NCBI GenBank assembly: GCA_002245135.1
Contig: NGBS01000301.1
Coordinates: 62,001 to 126,000, forward strand
Source of the DNA: Proteromonas lacertae
Lineage: Eukaryota
Reading direction: 5' to 3'
Length of the DNA: 64,000 nt
Each line of letters opens with the position of its first letter. Within the stretch, counting starts at the first letter, position 1. The position numbers were made by a program, and so were the translations under genes. Under the pieces are notes generated by a model. It did not search any database. It had not been told where the DNA came from and was given only the letters and a program-made list of their open reading frames with translations. This document shows, in pieces, positions 42,586 through 55,567 of this stretch.

Positions 42586-43121
42586 TTTTCACCCCCTTAA
42601 AATTCAGAATCTGGCGAATTAGATTTGATTATAACGACATTTTTCTCATCTCAAACTGTCAGTTGTAGTTTCAGATAGTTTATTATAAAAGATGACTTAA
42701 GATTTAAATCACCTTTATCCAAAAAAGGTAAAAATATCTAGATAGAATTGTTAAATCAGACAGAAATGTAGAATAATTATGTAAAAATGTAAAAATCCTT
42801 TTATTGTATCTATTATATGAAAATAAGTTAATATAAACACTTATATTGAGTTTCTTCTTCCATAATGGCTAACTAATGTACCTTATTTCTGTTTTATCCC
42901 ACTTACTCTGCTTGTTCTTGTATATAATATCATTTTATAAAATTTTTAATTTTTTAATCTCTTTTTCTAATAAGATTAAGCCAAGTAGTTGAATTTACAT
43001 ATTGTAATGTTTTTCATATTCATAATATGCATGCAATGTATGAATAGCATAATAATCAACAACTAAAACTTCGAAAAAACAACATTTCAATGATATTACA
43101 AAATTATCTTAAATGTTTCAA

Positions 43122-46100
43122 TCATTCAACAAATTCAAACTTATTAATCGATAAGCCAGATCCTCCTGCCAATAATAACATCGAATTATCTTCATATCTG
43201 TACATTTTCACACATTCTATCACATTTGCTATTGAAATATATCGAACCACTTCTTTACAACTCCTGCATTCATCAATATACACCTCTTTAACTTCATAAC
43301 CCTCTCTAATCTCACCAACATCACAATTCACTTTCAATAATATAGATTTTTGATCATAACCACTTAAAAAAATATATTCGTTATAATTATCAATCGATTT
43401 TATAGAGGAAGTAGCAATACAATTAATCCTTTCAATATTTCCATACCATTTAACTTCATTTCTATTATTTAAGCAAATATATCCTATTGATAAACTCTGA
43501 TCATCTCCAACTGTAGAAATAATCAAACACTTGGAATTTTTTGGATTTTTTATTAAAGCAATATCATTTACTCCCATCTTGTTTATTCCATTTACTTCAA
43601 AAATAGAATTCATTTTTATTGGTTTTATATTATATATCTCATTTACATTACTAATCACTCTTTTAGATGATTTTTCTATATATTCTTTCATTATATCTGT
43701 AATATTCCATATGTTGATTATTCCATCTGTTCTTCCACTTATTAACAAATATTCTTCACGTTCTCTACTCAAATCTTCTACTGATTCAATATCTAATGAC
43801 AAAATTGGTCGATTTATTTCGTCACAATAATACAGAGATTCTAATATATTATATCTTTCATCATATCCATAAACTGTTATTTCACCTTCTGAATTACCTG
43901 TAACTAGCAGATAAAGTAATAAACCATATTCATTTGGTAAAGATATTGATTTGGATGATAATATTCTTTGATCTTGCTGCAATTTAGCCCAAGTGCCTTC
44001 TTTAGGATAGGATGAGATATTTTCAATAATTGGAACTTCATTAATAATGCCAAAATAATGAAATTTCCAAATGTTTATTAACCTTCTTCCTCCACAAGTG
44101 AACAGTATTGGTTCTTTTCCTGGATAATTACAGTGGGTTATTGTTTGAATGGAACTTATATGTTTTTCTAAAGTTTCGATTAAGGAGATTGAATTGTCAG
44201 TTTTATTATATTTTAATATTTTACAAGTTGTATCTTCACCACCTGTTACTATGAATATTTCATTATCATTTAAGTGAGTTAAACCATCTTTATTACTTAA
44301 TATATCTATTGAATCAATCTCTAAACCATGATAATTCATATTTACAGCACATTTTGATAGTTTAATTTCTTCATCATCTATTATTATTGTTGTTGTAGGT
44401 GATGGTGGTATTTTATAGATAGTTGAATAACTAATCAATTTACTGGTTGATTTTATACCAGCAAATGCAACTGTAAATCCTTCAATTGGATGATTCTTAT
44501 TACACCAAATACCATAAGGTCTTCTCCAACCACCAGATTCAATTCGGAATATTATATATTGATTTGTTACATCATAAATAAACAATTCACTTTCATGGAA
44601 TCCATATACAATTATTTCATTATTTCCTGTCCAATAAATATCACTAACACTTGCAATTGGACCTGTTTTAATACTATTAATCAATCTAAATTCTATTTTA
44701 TTATCTTCTTCATTATATATGTAAATATAACTGTTGATTTTTCCATTATTACCAATTGAATAGAGTAAGTTATTTTGATTAATAACAATCTTGGAGATGT
44801 TGAATTTATGAACTTTTTTAATCGTTTTTAATGGATAATTCTTCTTACCATCTTCTCCATCTAATTTCCTATTGGTTAATTTGTAGATATGAATTTCACC
44901 TAATGCATCTCCAACAAATAGCAATTTATTTTTCAAATCAACTGTAATTGTAGTTCCAAATGTCTTATCAGGTAAATAATATTCATCTATTAAAAATACA
45001 TCTAACTTTCCATCTTTTTCTTCTAATAAATAATTACTAATTATTCCATTAGCAAAACATAAATATATTCTCAATTTTCCATCTTCATACTCATTATCAT
45101 TGTCAAATAAAACTCTCATTATTCTCACATTTGATACATTGAATATTACTGGAATTTGATTGGTTTCTCTACAATTTATAATGTACAAATTACCTGTAGC
45201 ATCTCCAGTAATCAACAATTCTTCATTTTTAGATAAAGACAATAAATTGTACAATCCAAATTTAGTATCAGAATTGGGTTTTACTAATTCAATAAATTCT
45301 TCATTTGACATATCTAATTTCCATATATAACCCCAATAAGATGATAAATAACAATATTTCCCATCATTTGTAAATATAATACCTCGAATGCATTCAGTAT
45401 CTATTTTGTTATTAAAAATATTGTTTTGTATTGAAGGAATTATCCATTTAATACTTGCAGATGATGAAGATAGAGTATTTAAACATTCTTCTTTATTATT
45501 ACTAATCTGTGCTAATTGTTCATTCAAATTCCATATCTTCACTGACGAATCATTTCCACCTGTAACGATAATATTTTTATAAATATCAATTGACCAAATA
45601 TGTTTGCCATTATGACCACTTAAAACAGTCAAATTTTTTCCTTTTATATCCCATACTCTGCATGTACAATCTTCACTACTACTAATTACATATTCATTAC
45701 TTATTCTACAATCCCATAATCTCGCTGTATGACCAAATGAAGTAAATACATTCTCATATTTTCCTTTTTCTTTGATGGTTAAACTGCTAATTTTCCCCCC
45801 ACTAGTAAATGGATTTTTGGTTGGTATTTCTGTAAGACTTGAATGTTTCCATAATCTAACAGTTCTGTCATCACTTGCTGATACAAGAAAATACCCGTTT
45901 CTTGACCAATTTACTTTGAATAATACACCTTCATGACCATTTACTATATCAAATGTTTTACCATCTACAGAATCCCAAACTACGATTTTATTGAATATTG
46001 TACCTGCTAATACTAAGATGTGATTATCAGATGTCTGAAAGAGTAACATTGAGTATAATAAGCAATTATGTTCTCCTCTTCTTTCGAAGAGTATTTTGTT

Positions 46101-46532
46101 TTCTGATAATTTGTATTTTTGTATGTAGTTATGTCCAAAACCTATTATGATTTCTTCTTTTGACAACGGATATACATCCCAAATCAAATCTGAAAGGTTT
46201 GGTAAAGAGTATAATAGTTTTGGTGGTACTTTGAAGCTTCCTTCATTTTCATATACAAATAAATCCTTTTGACAAAATACAATAAGCTGATTTTCAACTA
46301 TATCAATAAAGAATGATTATATACAGAATCTAATTCCATGAATTATATTTATTGTCTGAATTTCAATTGTATAAAGTAAGTTTGTATCTTGAAGAGAATA
46401 AACTTTTACAACATTCCCAATTCCTACAAATAATACAATAATAACTATACCACAGAATATTAATTCTTCTGTACCGAATATTTGAACTTCAGATACCGCT
46501 CCAATATAATGACATAATGATAAATTCGACAT
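43122..46532 (-). CDS. WDR6: WD40 protein WDR6/Trm734 (tRNA 2'-O-methylation partner)
   Basis: LAGTIFN, GHEGVLF, SASDDRTVRLW, FGHTARLW, SGGWRRP, TGGEDT and TVGDDQ motifs. Confidence 0.88.
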
Positions 46533-46589
46533 TTCCGATTATCAAGCCATCAAGCTTTGAATTTTTATAATTCATTTGTTTCAACAACT

Positions 46590-48671
46590 ATGAAAGTATG
46601 TAATTTCATATTACTATTTATAGGATACTGCAAGTGTTGCTCAACCAGAATTATTTGAAGTCAATCATTATTCTTTCAATTGGTTGATTGATATGAAGAA
46701 GCATGTTGTTGATGGAACTTGTTGTTTAAAGATAACAAAGAAGAAAGATTCTGCTCAGATGCTATTACTAGATATATTTAACCTCAATATCTCAAAAGTA
46801 ATGTACAGGAATGAAGAACTACCATTTGAAATAAAAGACTTTACTCCATTTGGACAAGATTTGATGATTGTTCTACCTAGCAATATCGAAACCAATTTCG
46901 AGTTGATAATAACTTATTCAACAGGAGAAACACCTTGCATTTGTTGGTTAGATCCAGAACAGACAGCAGGTAAAAAATACTCGTATATGTACACACAAGG
47001 ACAAGCATGTTTGAATCGTGGATTATTTCCTAGTCAAGATACTCCCAGTGTTCGTTCAACCTATTCAGCAACAGTGACAGTAGAAAAGCCTTTCAATGTA
47101 GTAATGGCAGCAAAGAGACTAACAATAACGCCAAAAGAAGAAGGCAATAATTACATATATGAATTTGAATTAAAACAAACAATACCTTCTTATTTAGTCG
47201 CAATGGCGGTTGGTAATATTGTTTCAGCTGATATTGGTCCAAGATCAAAGTATATATATATTATATATTATTATATTATAGAGTATGGACTGAGCCAGAG
47301 ATGATAAAAGAAGCACAAAATGAATTTGATGGAATTACTGAAGTATAATTGAATATATTTTTAATCATATTTTTATAGAAGTATCTATCAACTGGAGAGA
47401 AGCTATTTGGTAAGTATTTATGGGAGGAGTATGATTTATTAGTAATGCCACCTTCATTTCCAGTATATTTTATCTTTTATTAAATAGTATGGGGGAATGG
47501 AAAATCCAAGATTAACTTTCGTCACCCCATGTTTATTAGTCGGTGATCATTCCCTATGTGATACAGTAGCACATGAAATATCCCATTCATGGTTCGGAAA
47601 TTTGGTAACCAATGCGAATTGGGGAGAATTTTGGTTGAATGAAGGATTCACCATGTTTGCTCAGCGAAGAATAGTAGATGAAGTATCAGGAGAAGCAGTT
47701 TCAGCAATGGAAGCAGTAACTGGACAAAAGAACTTCAAGCAATTAATAGAATTTGAAGGAGAAAGTAATCCATTAACATGTTTAAGAGTGATTATTGATG
47801 AAGGAGTTGATCCTGATGATACTTATAACTATACACCTTATGAGAAAGGATATGCTTTTGTTTGTTATCTTAGATATTTGATTGGTAATGATAAAAAAGT
47901 ATAATATATTTTATATTTTATATTTGTATAGAAATTTGATGATTGGTTAAAAGTGTATGTTAATGATAATCAATTCAAAAGTATTGTTGCTGAAGATATG
48001 TTTGCTCATTATATGAACTATTTCCCTGAAATTAAAGAGAAGAAGTTGGATGAAAAAACAGGATTTGAGTTTATTAAGACATGGTTAGAAAAACCAGGAA
48101 TGGTATATATATATATATATTGATATTCATTTATATAATTTTAGCCACCATTTAATCCAGATTTAAGTGTTGCTGAAACATTATCAAAACCAGCTGAAGA
48201 ATTAGCTAAAGAATGGATTGAAGGAAAAGAAGTAACAAAAGTTGAATTTGATAAATGGCATACTTATCAACAAGTATATATATTTATGTTTTATATATTG
48301 AAAATAGTGTCATTTCTTAGATACATTAGTTGATAGTGATATTGTAAAGAAACAAGAAAATATAAGAAAAATATGTGAAACATATAAACTAGATAAATCA
48401 AAAAATGCAGAAGTATATTCATATATTTTTATATTAGACTCGTTTAAGATGGTGTAGTTTAATAATAAAATCAAATTTAGTAGATCATTTTGATGATGTA
48501 ACTTCATTTTTAAGTTATCAAGGAAAACAGAAGTATTTATTACCTTTATACACATTGATGATGAAAGGAACAGATGAAACTAAGGCTTTAGCTAATAAAA
48601 TATATAATGATACTAAGAAGACAATTCATGTGAGTGTTCAAAGATATATTGAACAAATATTAAAGAATTGA
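46590..48671 (+). CDS. M1 zinc aminopeptidase (aminopeptidase B / LTA4H family)
   Basis: YTQGQACLNR, QDTPSV, GGMENP, HEISHSWFGNLVTN..W.EFWLNEG and PYEKG motifs. Confidence 0.93.
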
Positions 48672-48745
48672 TAATAGTTGTGTATTGTTATTGTTTATTT
48701 TTATTGAATTAAAAAATACATATAAAGAATAAATAAAGATAATTA

Positions 48746-50372
48746 TTATATAGTTATTTCATTACTTTCCATCATTTGTTTGATATTTTCTGAAGAACCA
48801 GTTGGGAATGTAGGAACTATTAAACTACTCAAAGTTGATCTTCTACCAGTAGCAAGTAATGGCTTTCCATCAAGTGGTTCAATATAGTAATTCAAATAAA
48901 TCAGACAGAAAAGTGTAATTAATTGAACAGTAATTAGAATCACTATTTTTATCCAAAATGTATCATTTCCATATAAGATAAATCCAATAATATACTGTAA
49001 ACTCATACCAAATGTTTGAAACATGTAAAAATCTATTAATTACAATATAAAATTTATATATGTTATACTTGAAATAGCACAATTTCTATCTTCATCATTA
49101 TCATAATATGACTGTAATATTGCAGCTGGTTGACCTAACCAAATACCATCACCACATCCTAAGAATAAACCAATAGAAATCGCACAAATAAAACCTTGAA
49201 CAGTTGGAGAATTATGAGGAATCTAGTATATAATAATAATAATTATTATTATTAATAAATACTTCATAAATAAGTAAAGTAATATAAGCAGTTAAATCAC
49301 AAATTGCTGCAAATATTATAACACCTTTTCTACCTATTTTAGGATGACTTGCTGCTTTACCTCCATTGAAATTAACTATAGCATCAATTGCATAAAATGC
49401 TGCTGTTATATAACCAGTATTTTCAACTTTTACTATATATCCAGCTACATACTTAGTGAAATCAGCAACGACAAATGCCAATTCAAAACCACTGAATATT
49501 GATGGAATAATCATCAATTGCATTTTTCTGGAATTCTTTATTAACATTAAATTCTTCATTATTGATGGTGGCTATATTAATATAATAATGAATATCAATT
49601 ATGTTTATACTGGTTTTTCTACAGCAACATTATCTCCTCCTTCTTCTTCTTTTACACCCTCTACATTTGGTAGGAAAAATGTAATAATTAAACCACTACA
49701 AGAAACACAACCCATTACAATAAACATAATATTTTTATCAAATATGTGCAACAGTATACTTCCTGTTCCATTTCCTGAACAAATTGCACATTCCATAAAA
49801 CAGAATAATAAACCATTGAAATAAGAAGTTGCAGATTCAAATACTATAAAGTATTATGAATATATATAAATACACATCTTTTTTTCTTTACTATAATGAA
49901 CAGAACATCTTCCTAAATATATACCTTCACCACACCAAAACAAACCACCTCCAGTTCCTGCAACTATGTTGGCTGGTACAAATATGTAAGGTTTTGGGTA
50001 GAGATTTGCAAAAATGACACAGATATATCCCATACCTGCTATGAACATTCCTTTTCTAAAAATAAATTATGAATGAGAATACTTTGGACCAAAATAGTTG
50101 ATAAATTTAGGGCCAAACAGACATGCAATAGCAAAACATAAATAGTTACATGAGAGGCAGATATATCCCAACTCTTCATTCAGCTGCGATTGATAAACCT
50201 ACAAAATATAAGAACTATATCATACTGTGCATGCATAATATCCAAAAAACAATCCAAATATACTTAATGACAAAATAACCACAGATAGGTGATAGTTTAC
50301 TTTTTTAATTTCAGGTTGTATAGGTTCCTGTGTTTGTGATGTAATCAAATTATCATTAACATTGTTTTCCAT
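48746..50372 (-). CDS. UNC-93-like MFS membrane protein
   Basis: Multiple TM helices; GGGLFWCGEGIYL and FSGFELAFVVADFTK motifs. Confidence 0.8.
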
Positions 50373-50726
50373 CTAGAAGCTGAGAAAAATGGGATTATAA
50401 AAAATTGTGTTTCAATTTTATAAGAGTAAATGACACAGTGAATATAAATCTCAGTAATATATGTTATAACGTAAATAGTTATGTCATTAGATGAGTTTTA
50501 TAAGGCTATTTAGAAAGTGAAATTACGGATATCACCTAAGTTCCATATATTTCTTCATTTCTATTTTAATTATTAGTATTTATTAATGGACCTCCAATTT
50601 ATATGCACAAATTGTGTCTATAACATGGTGAAAATCATAAGTAAAGATTTGACCGTTTTAAAAAGTTTCTACTATTTGTAATAACTGTTAGTTTATTTTT
50701 AAAGTTGATTTTATCATTATATTACG

Positions 50727-53663
50727 ATGAAAATCATATATTTGTTATTAATTATATCTATTATATTCATACATGTAAAAGCTGAGAATAATAGAATTAT
50801 TGACGAAGAAGAAGTGGTTATAAATAGTAGAAGAGTATTAGCAGATGAAGCTATTAAATATTCAATTAAAATTTGTGGAACAAGACCTGAAAAGCCAACA
50901 GAAACAACAACAACTCCAGAAGCTACAACAACAACAATAGCTACTACCAAACCAGAAGTGACCACCACAGACGATGAAATTTTAATTAGTTCTTCTGCTG
51001 CAACAACAAGAACTGATGATGAACAAGAAACACCAACAGAAGATGAAAAAGAGAATAAACAGAGAATATTAGCTGAAAGAAAAGATTTTGATATGACAGA
51101 TAAAACCGAATTGGGAAATATAATAAAATCAATATTAACCGAATTATATCCCGAAGGTGTTACAGTAAAACAAGTAGATATTCCAACAATAGAAGAACCT
51201 TATAGTTTAACAATTAATATCACTTTAGTAAATAGTAATGATGATAATAAAGTAAAGATTGAAGATTTAAATTTGAATATTAGTTCAAATAATAATGATG
51301 ATTTTTACAACAAATTAAACGAAGCTACTAATAATATATATAGTAAATGTAGACTAGAAGAAACAACAACATGTAAATATGACAAACAAAGTTATAAATT
51401 TATAACAAAAAATGTTGGAAGTAGAAAAATAACACCAACATTCGGATCAAAATTAATAGAAGGTAGTTGTACAAATACAATAACTTCAATGGATCCTGAT
51501 ACTGGAAAAATCAGTGTTATTTTATCCAAAGAATTTTCATCTTACTGTAAAATACAATGTAGAGATTATTTAAAGAATGATGGTTATGGAGTTGTAAGTA
51601 TAAAAGTAATTAGTGAAGATAAAGTAGAAAAAGGACCAGTGTTTGATAAAATTAGTTATCCAGTAATGGTATATGTAAATGAACCATTTAATACAACTTT
51701 AACATTGAAATATCCTGATATTATTGATGATAGTGAAGAGGAAGAAGAAGAAGAAAAAGTAAATAAAAACAATAATAAAAATGAAAATGAAAATGAAGAA
51801 TTAACAATAGAAATGGTTATAAATGATAATGATAACAGTAACTTTACTATGAATGAACAAGAATCAACAGGTATTGAAGAATTCAAATTTAATAATGCCA
51901 ATATTACAATTAAAGAGAATACTGAAATTACAATAGAAAAAGAAATTGAGTTAGCATATAGAAATGTTAGTAATGAGCATATATTTCATAATGTTATTGT
52001 AAAGGTATTATCTCAGCCTTGTCCAAATCCAGATGACATGGGAGTTTGTTGTGTTCATAAACCTGGAGAATTATGTAGTAATTTAACATTGAGTTTTTCA
52101 TTTGTTAGTTTTACTACTTCAAGATTATTAGCTGCTGTTGCTGTTGCTGATAGTAGTAGTGATGTTGAATTTAGAAATGAATTTAAAGAAGCATTAGATG
52201 TTAATGTATTTACACCACAAGATTGTGTTGCTACTGATAAAAGTGAAGGAACAACATTAAATGATCCATTAATATTATCAGTGAAGAAGAATGCGCCAAG
52301 TGAAAGTGGTGATGGTGATAATGATTCTGGAAATAAACCAACAAAAATCATAACATTAGAAGAAGCATTTAAAGGTATAATAACATCCATAGAAAAAATA
52401 CAAAATAATGAAATACCTGAAGTAGCAAAAGTATTAACAGAAAATAATATTATATTAGATCCTGATCAACCAATCACCTACAGTCAAGTTATATCCAATA
52501 CAGAATTACCCACATTTGAACCAAATCCAGTTAAAACTGGTGGAGAAAATAACAATTGGGCTAAAGATAATTGGTATGTCATATTAATCATTGTTATAGT
52601 GATATTGTTATTGATTGTTGGTGGCGTATTTGGTAGTTTGTTTATTATAAAGAAGAGAAAAAATAATAATAATAATTCTTTACCAACTAATTTCAATAGT
52701 GTTGTTGATGGTAATATTGATAATAATAATAATAATGACAAGAAAAAGAGTAAAAATAAGAATAAATACCAAGTCAATGATAAACAAGTGAATGAAAAAC
52801 ATCAATCAATTGAAGATATTGAACCTGAAGGTGATAATGTTGTAGGTAAAGTATCAATTGATATAAATAACAACAGTTATAACAATAATTATGTAGATGA
52901 AGATGATGAAAATACTAATTCAAATAAACCAATCAAACTTGAAGGTTATTTAGAGAAAGAATTGCCAGAAAGAACTACAGATAAATGGATATTAAGATAT
53001 TGTGTATTATATGCAAATCCATCAATATTATATGTATATGAAAGCATGAAGCCAAGTTATAAAGGTAATATCTTTACTGGTGTAAAACAAATCATTCCAT
53101 TAGATTCAGTTAAAACAATTAAATATGATAAAAAACAAAGTAAACAATTATACGATTTTACTATAATTATGTTGGATAATGATCAACAAGTACAATCGAA
53201 TGAATGTATGGAGGATTTGAAGTATGTTCATTTGAAAATACCAGCTGCTGATTATCCTACAACTGTTAATTCATTTAATGAATGGATTAATTACTTGACT
53301 GCTGATGAGAAACCTAGTTTGATTAAAGATGCGTGGGGTGGTGATTATGTTTCTGATAATGGAGAAGATGAGGAACAACAACAACAACAACAACAAGTTG
53401 ATGATAGTGGAGATGTGAAGATTGATTTTAATGATGATGATGATGATGGTAATAATAGGCAGGAAAATGAGGAAGAAGATCATCAACAACAAGAACACAG
53501 ACTACAGACACCTCCACAACCACCTCCACGTCAATTACCTCCTTCACCATCATCACCTCCTACACCACCTCCAAGAGCATTGAATGAGTCTCCTGATAAA
53601 GTATCTTTACCTGTTGGAAGAGTAAAGGCACATCGTGATATTGGCTTAAGGGATGAACCATAA
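50727..53663 (+). CDS. Type I membrane protein with cytoplasmic PH domain; intronless paralog of 34213-42585
   Basis: 978-aa ORF with signal peptide, TM WYVILIIVIVILLLIVGGVFG, PH motif KLEGYLEK...WILRYCVL, and Pro-rich tail. Confidence 0.85.
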   Translation: MKIIYLLLIISIIFIHVKAENNRIIDEEEVVINSRRVLADEAIKYSIKICGTRPEKPTETTTTPEATTTTIATTKPEVTTTDDEILISSSAATTRTDDEQETPTEDEKENKQRILAERKDFDMTDKTELGNIIKSILTELYPEGVTVKQVDIPTIEEPYSLTINITLVNSNDDNKVKIEDLNLNISSNNNDDFYNKLNEATNNIYSKCRLEETTTCKYDKQSYKFITKNVGSRKITPTFGSKLIEGSCTNTITSMDPDTGKISVILSKEFSSYCKIQCRDYLKNDGYGVVSIKVISEDKVEKGPVFDKISYPVMVYVNEPFNTTLTLKYPDIIDDSEEEEEEEKVNKNNNKNENENEELTIEMVINDNDNSNFTMNEQESTGIEEFKFNNANITIKENTEITIEKEIELAYRNVSNEHIFHNVIVKVLSQPCPNPDDMGVCCVHKPGELCSNLTLSFSFVSFTTSRLLAAVAVADSSSDVEFRNEFKEALDVNVFTPQDCVATDKSEGTTLNDPLILSVKKNAPSESGDGDNDSGNKPTKIITLEEAFKGIITSIEKIQNNEIPEVAKVLTENNIILDPDQPITYSQVISNTELPTFEPNPVKTGGENNNWAKDNWYVILIIVIVILLLIVGGVFGSLFIIKKRKNNNNNSLPTNFNSVVDGNIDNNNNNDKKKSKNKNKYQVNDKQVNEKHQSIEDIEPEGDNVVGKVSIDINNNSYNNNYVDEDDENTNSNKPIKLEGYLEKELPERTTDKWILRYCVLYANPSILYVYESMKPSYKGNIFTGVKQIIPLDSVKTIKYDKKQSKQLYDFTIIMLDNDQQVQSNECMEDLKYVHLKIPAADYPTTVNSFNEWINYLTADEKPSLIKDAWGGDYVSDNGEDEEQQQQQQQVDDSGDVKIDFNDDDDDGNNRQENEEEDHQQQEHRLQTPPQPPPRQLPPSPSSPPTPPPRALNESPDKVSLPVGRVKAHRDIGLRDEP

Positions 53664-53804
53664 AGTATATAATATATTAGAATTATTATTTTTGTAAATA
53701 TATAAGGAATTTAAATGTTGTTTTATTATTGGGAATATAGAAAATAATGAGAATTTCATAATAGAATTTACAAACTTGAAATCAAGCCTGTGTATCTTTA
53801 AATC

Positions 53805-54997
53805 ATGATTATTATACCAGCAACCATTATCAATGCATATTTATTTTGTTATATATTTTATTTATAGCTTGTTAACCAGAAGACATCAACTTGGGAAGGC
53901 AATCTTCTTGATAAAGGTATTTATTCAAAATTTCTTATCTTTATTAAATAGGATCACGATCTTATGGATTCTGTAAGGATGCTTTAGATATTACAACAGC
54001 ATGGAAGACTAAATTTGATGTAGAACTCAAAAATGAACATACTTCCTATAGTTTTCTACTGCATTTTCCATCAAATAAAATGTTGTCACTAGAAATGGAT
54101 GATTATTCTACTGGACCTGTTGAACATCCTAATATTGTTTGGATTGAATTTAATATAAATTCCTTTGAAGAGTAAGATATTCTATTTTATAATGATAGTT
54201 CTACACAAAATTTTATAACATTAAATTCAGCATATAAACAAATTCAAGTGATAAAAGAAGAACTAACAAGAGTAAATGATGTAGAATATAAACAAAATCA
54301 AACCGTTTATATTACCTATTCAAATAAACAGCTAAGTCTATATTTAACATCATTCTTAACATCAAATCCAATATTTACAGTTTCGATTGATTTAACAAGT
54401 AAATTAAATTCAAATATATGTTGGTGTGGATTTTGTAACAACTATAATAATGATAATAATAATATTGAAAGTGAATTGAATTGTAACATATCTCATTGGA
54501 TATGGAAATGTATATATATTTATATAGATTATTCTTTAATAGATTTCCCAGCTGAACTTGTAGTTTCAGGTATATTTTAATATTTTAATCTTATTTTATT
54601 GTTTATGATTAGATACGAAGTTATCATATATAAATTGTATTATTCCTCCACTAACAATCTCATCATTGACATTATTTGGTTTAGCAAAGATAGAAAGTGG
54701 GAATATATCAATGATTAATAAAAAGACCAATAGTGTATCAGCAGTATATTATCATAATAAACTAAACTTGGATCGAAGTTGGGAAATATCATTTATGTAT
54801 GAATTGACAGGATCTGCTGATGGTTTTGCATTTGTAATGCAATCCAATGTATCTATCTATCTATTTATCTATATATATATATATATATATATTATAGTAT
54901 CCTGCATCACCAAAAGGAACAGGTAAATTGTTAGGATGTTCAGGAATATCAAATGCAATAATATTAGAATTTGATATATATGTCAATTCTGAGTATA

Positions 54998-55035
<38 letters not shown>

Positions 55036-55461
55036 GGGTTAATGACCCTACTTCTCCACATGTTGCTTTATTTGGTTATAACTCTTTAAGTGCACAAATG
55101 AAACATAAAACTGATGCTGAAATTGGTAAAGCTAAAACAGCAAAAATTGAAGGGAAACAAGTTGTTAAAATTACATATGATGGGGTGAAAATGGTGGTGA
55201 GAATTACTGATATTAAGACAAACGATACTACTGAATTGATATCTACAATTGTTAAATTAGATAAGTATTTAAAATCGAATGAAGCTTATATTGGTTTTAC
55301 TGCTTCAACTGGTGAGAAAACTATGAATTTGACAATTAATTCATTGGATTTCTGTTGTACTGAGAATGATGTTAATATGAGTGCAACTTCACACAGTATT
55401 AATATTATATTTCTATTTCTAATTATTAGATTTGATTCCTTTCACTAAAACTACATTATAA
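53805..55461 (+). CDS. Protein with L-type (legume) lectin-like domains, probably two
   Basis: ADGFAFV, IILEFD, NDPTSPHVA and AYIGFTASTG motifs in the C-terminal domain; more divergent N-terminal copy; no clear signal peptide. Confidence 0.7.
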
Positions 55462-55567
55462 TGGATGTATAATATTCAATTTATCTTATTATACTAAAAC
55501 ATACGCTTTTAAGTTGTTTTATTGGGTTTATATCTATGTTTGGCGGATTTTTAATTGTGTTTCATTT

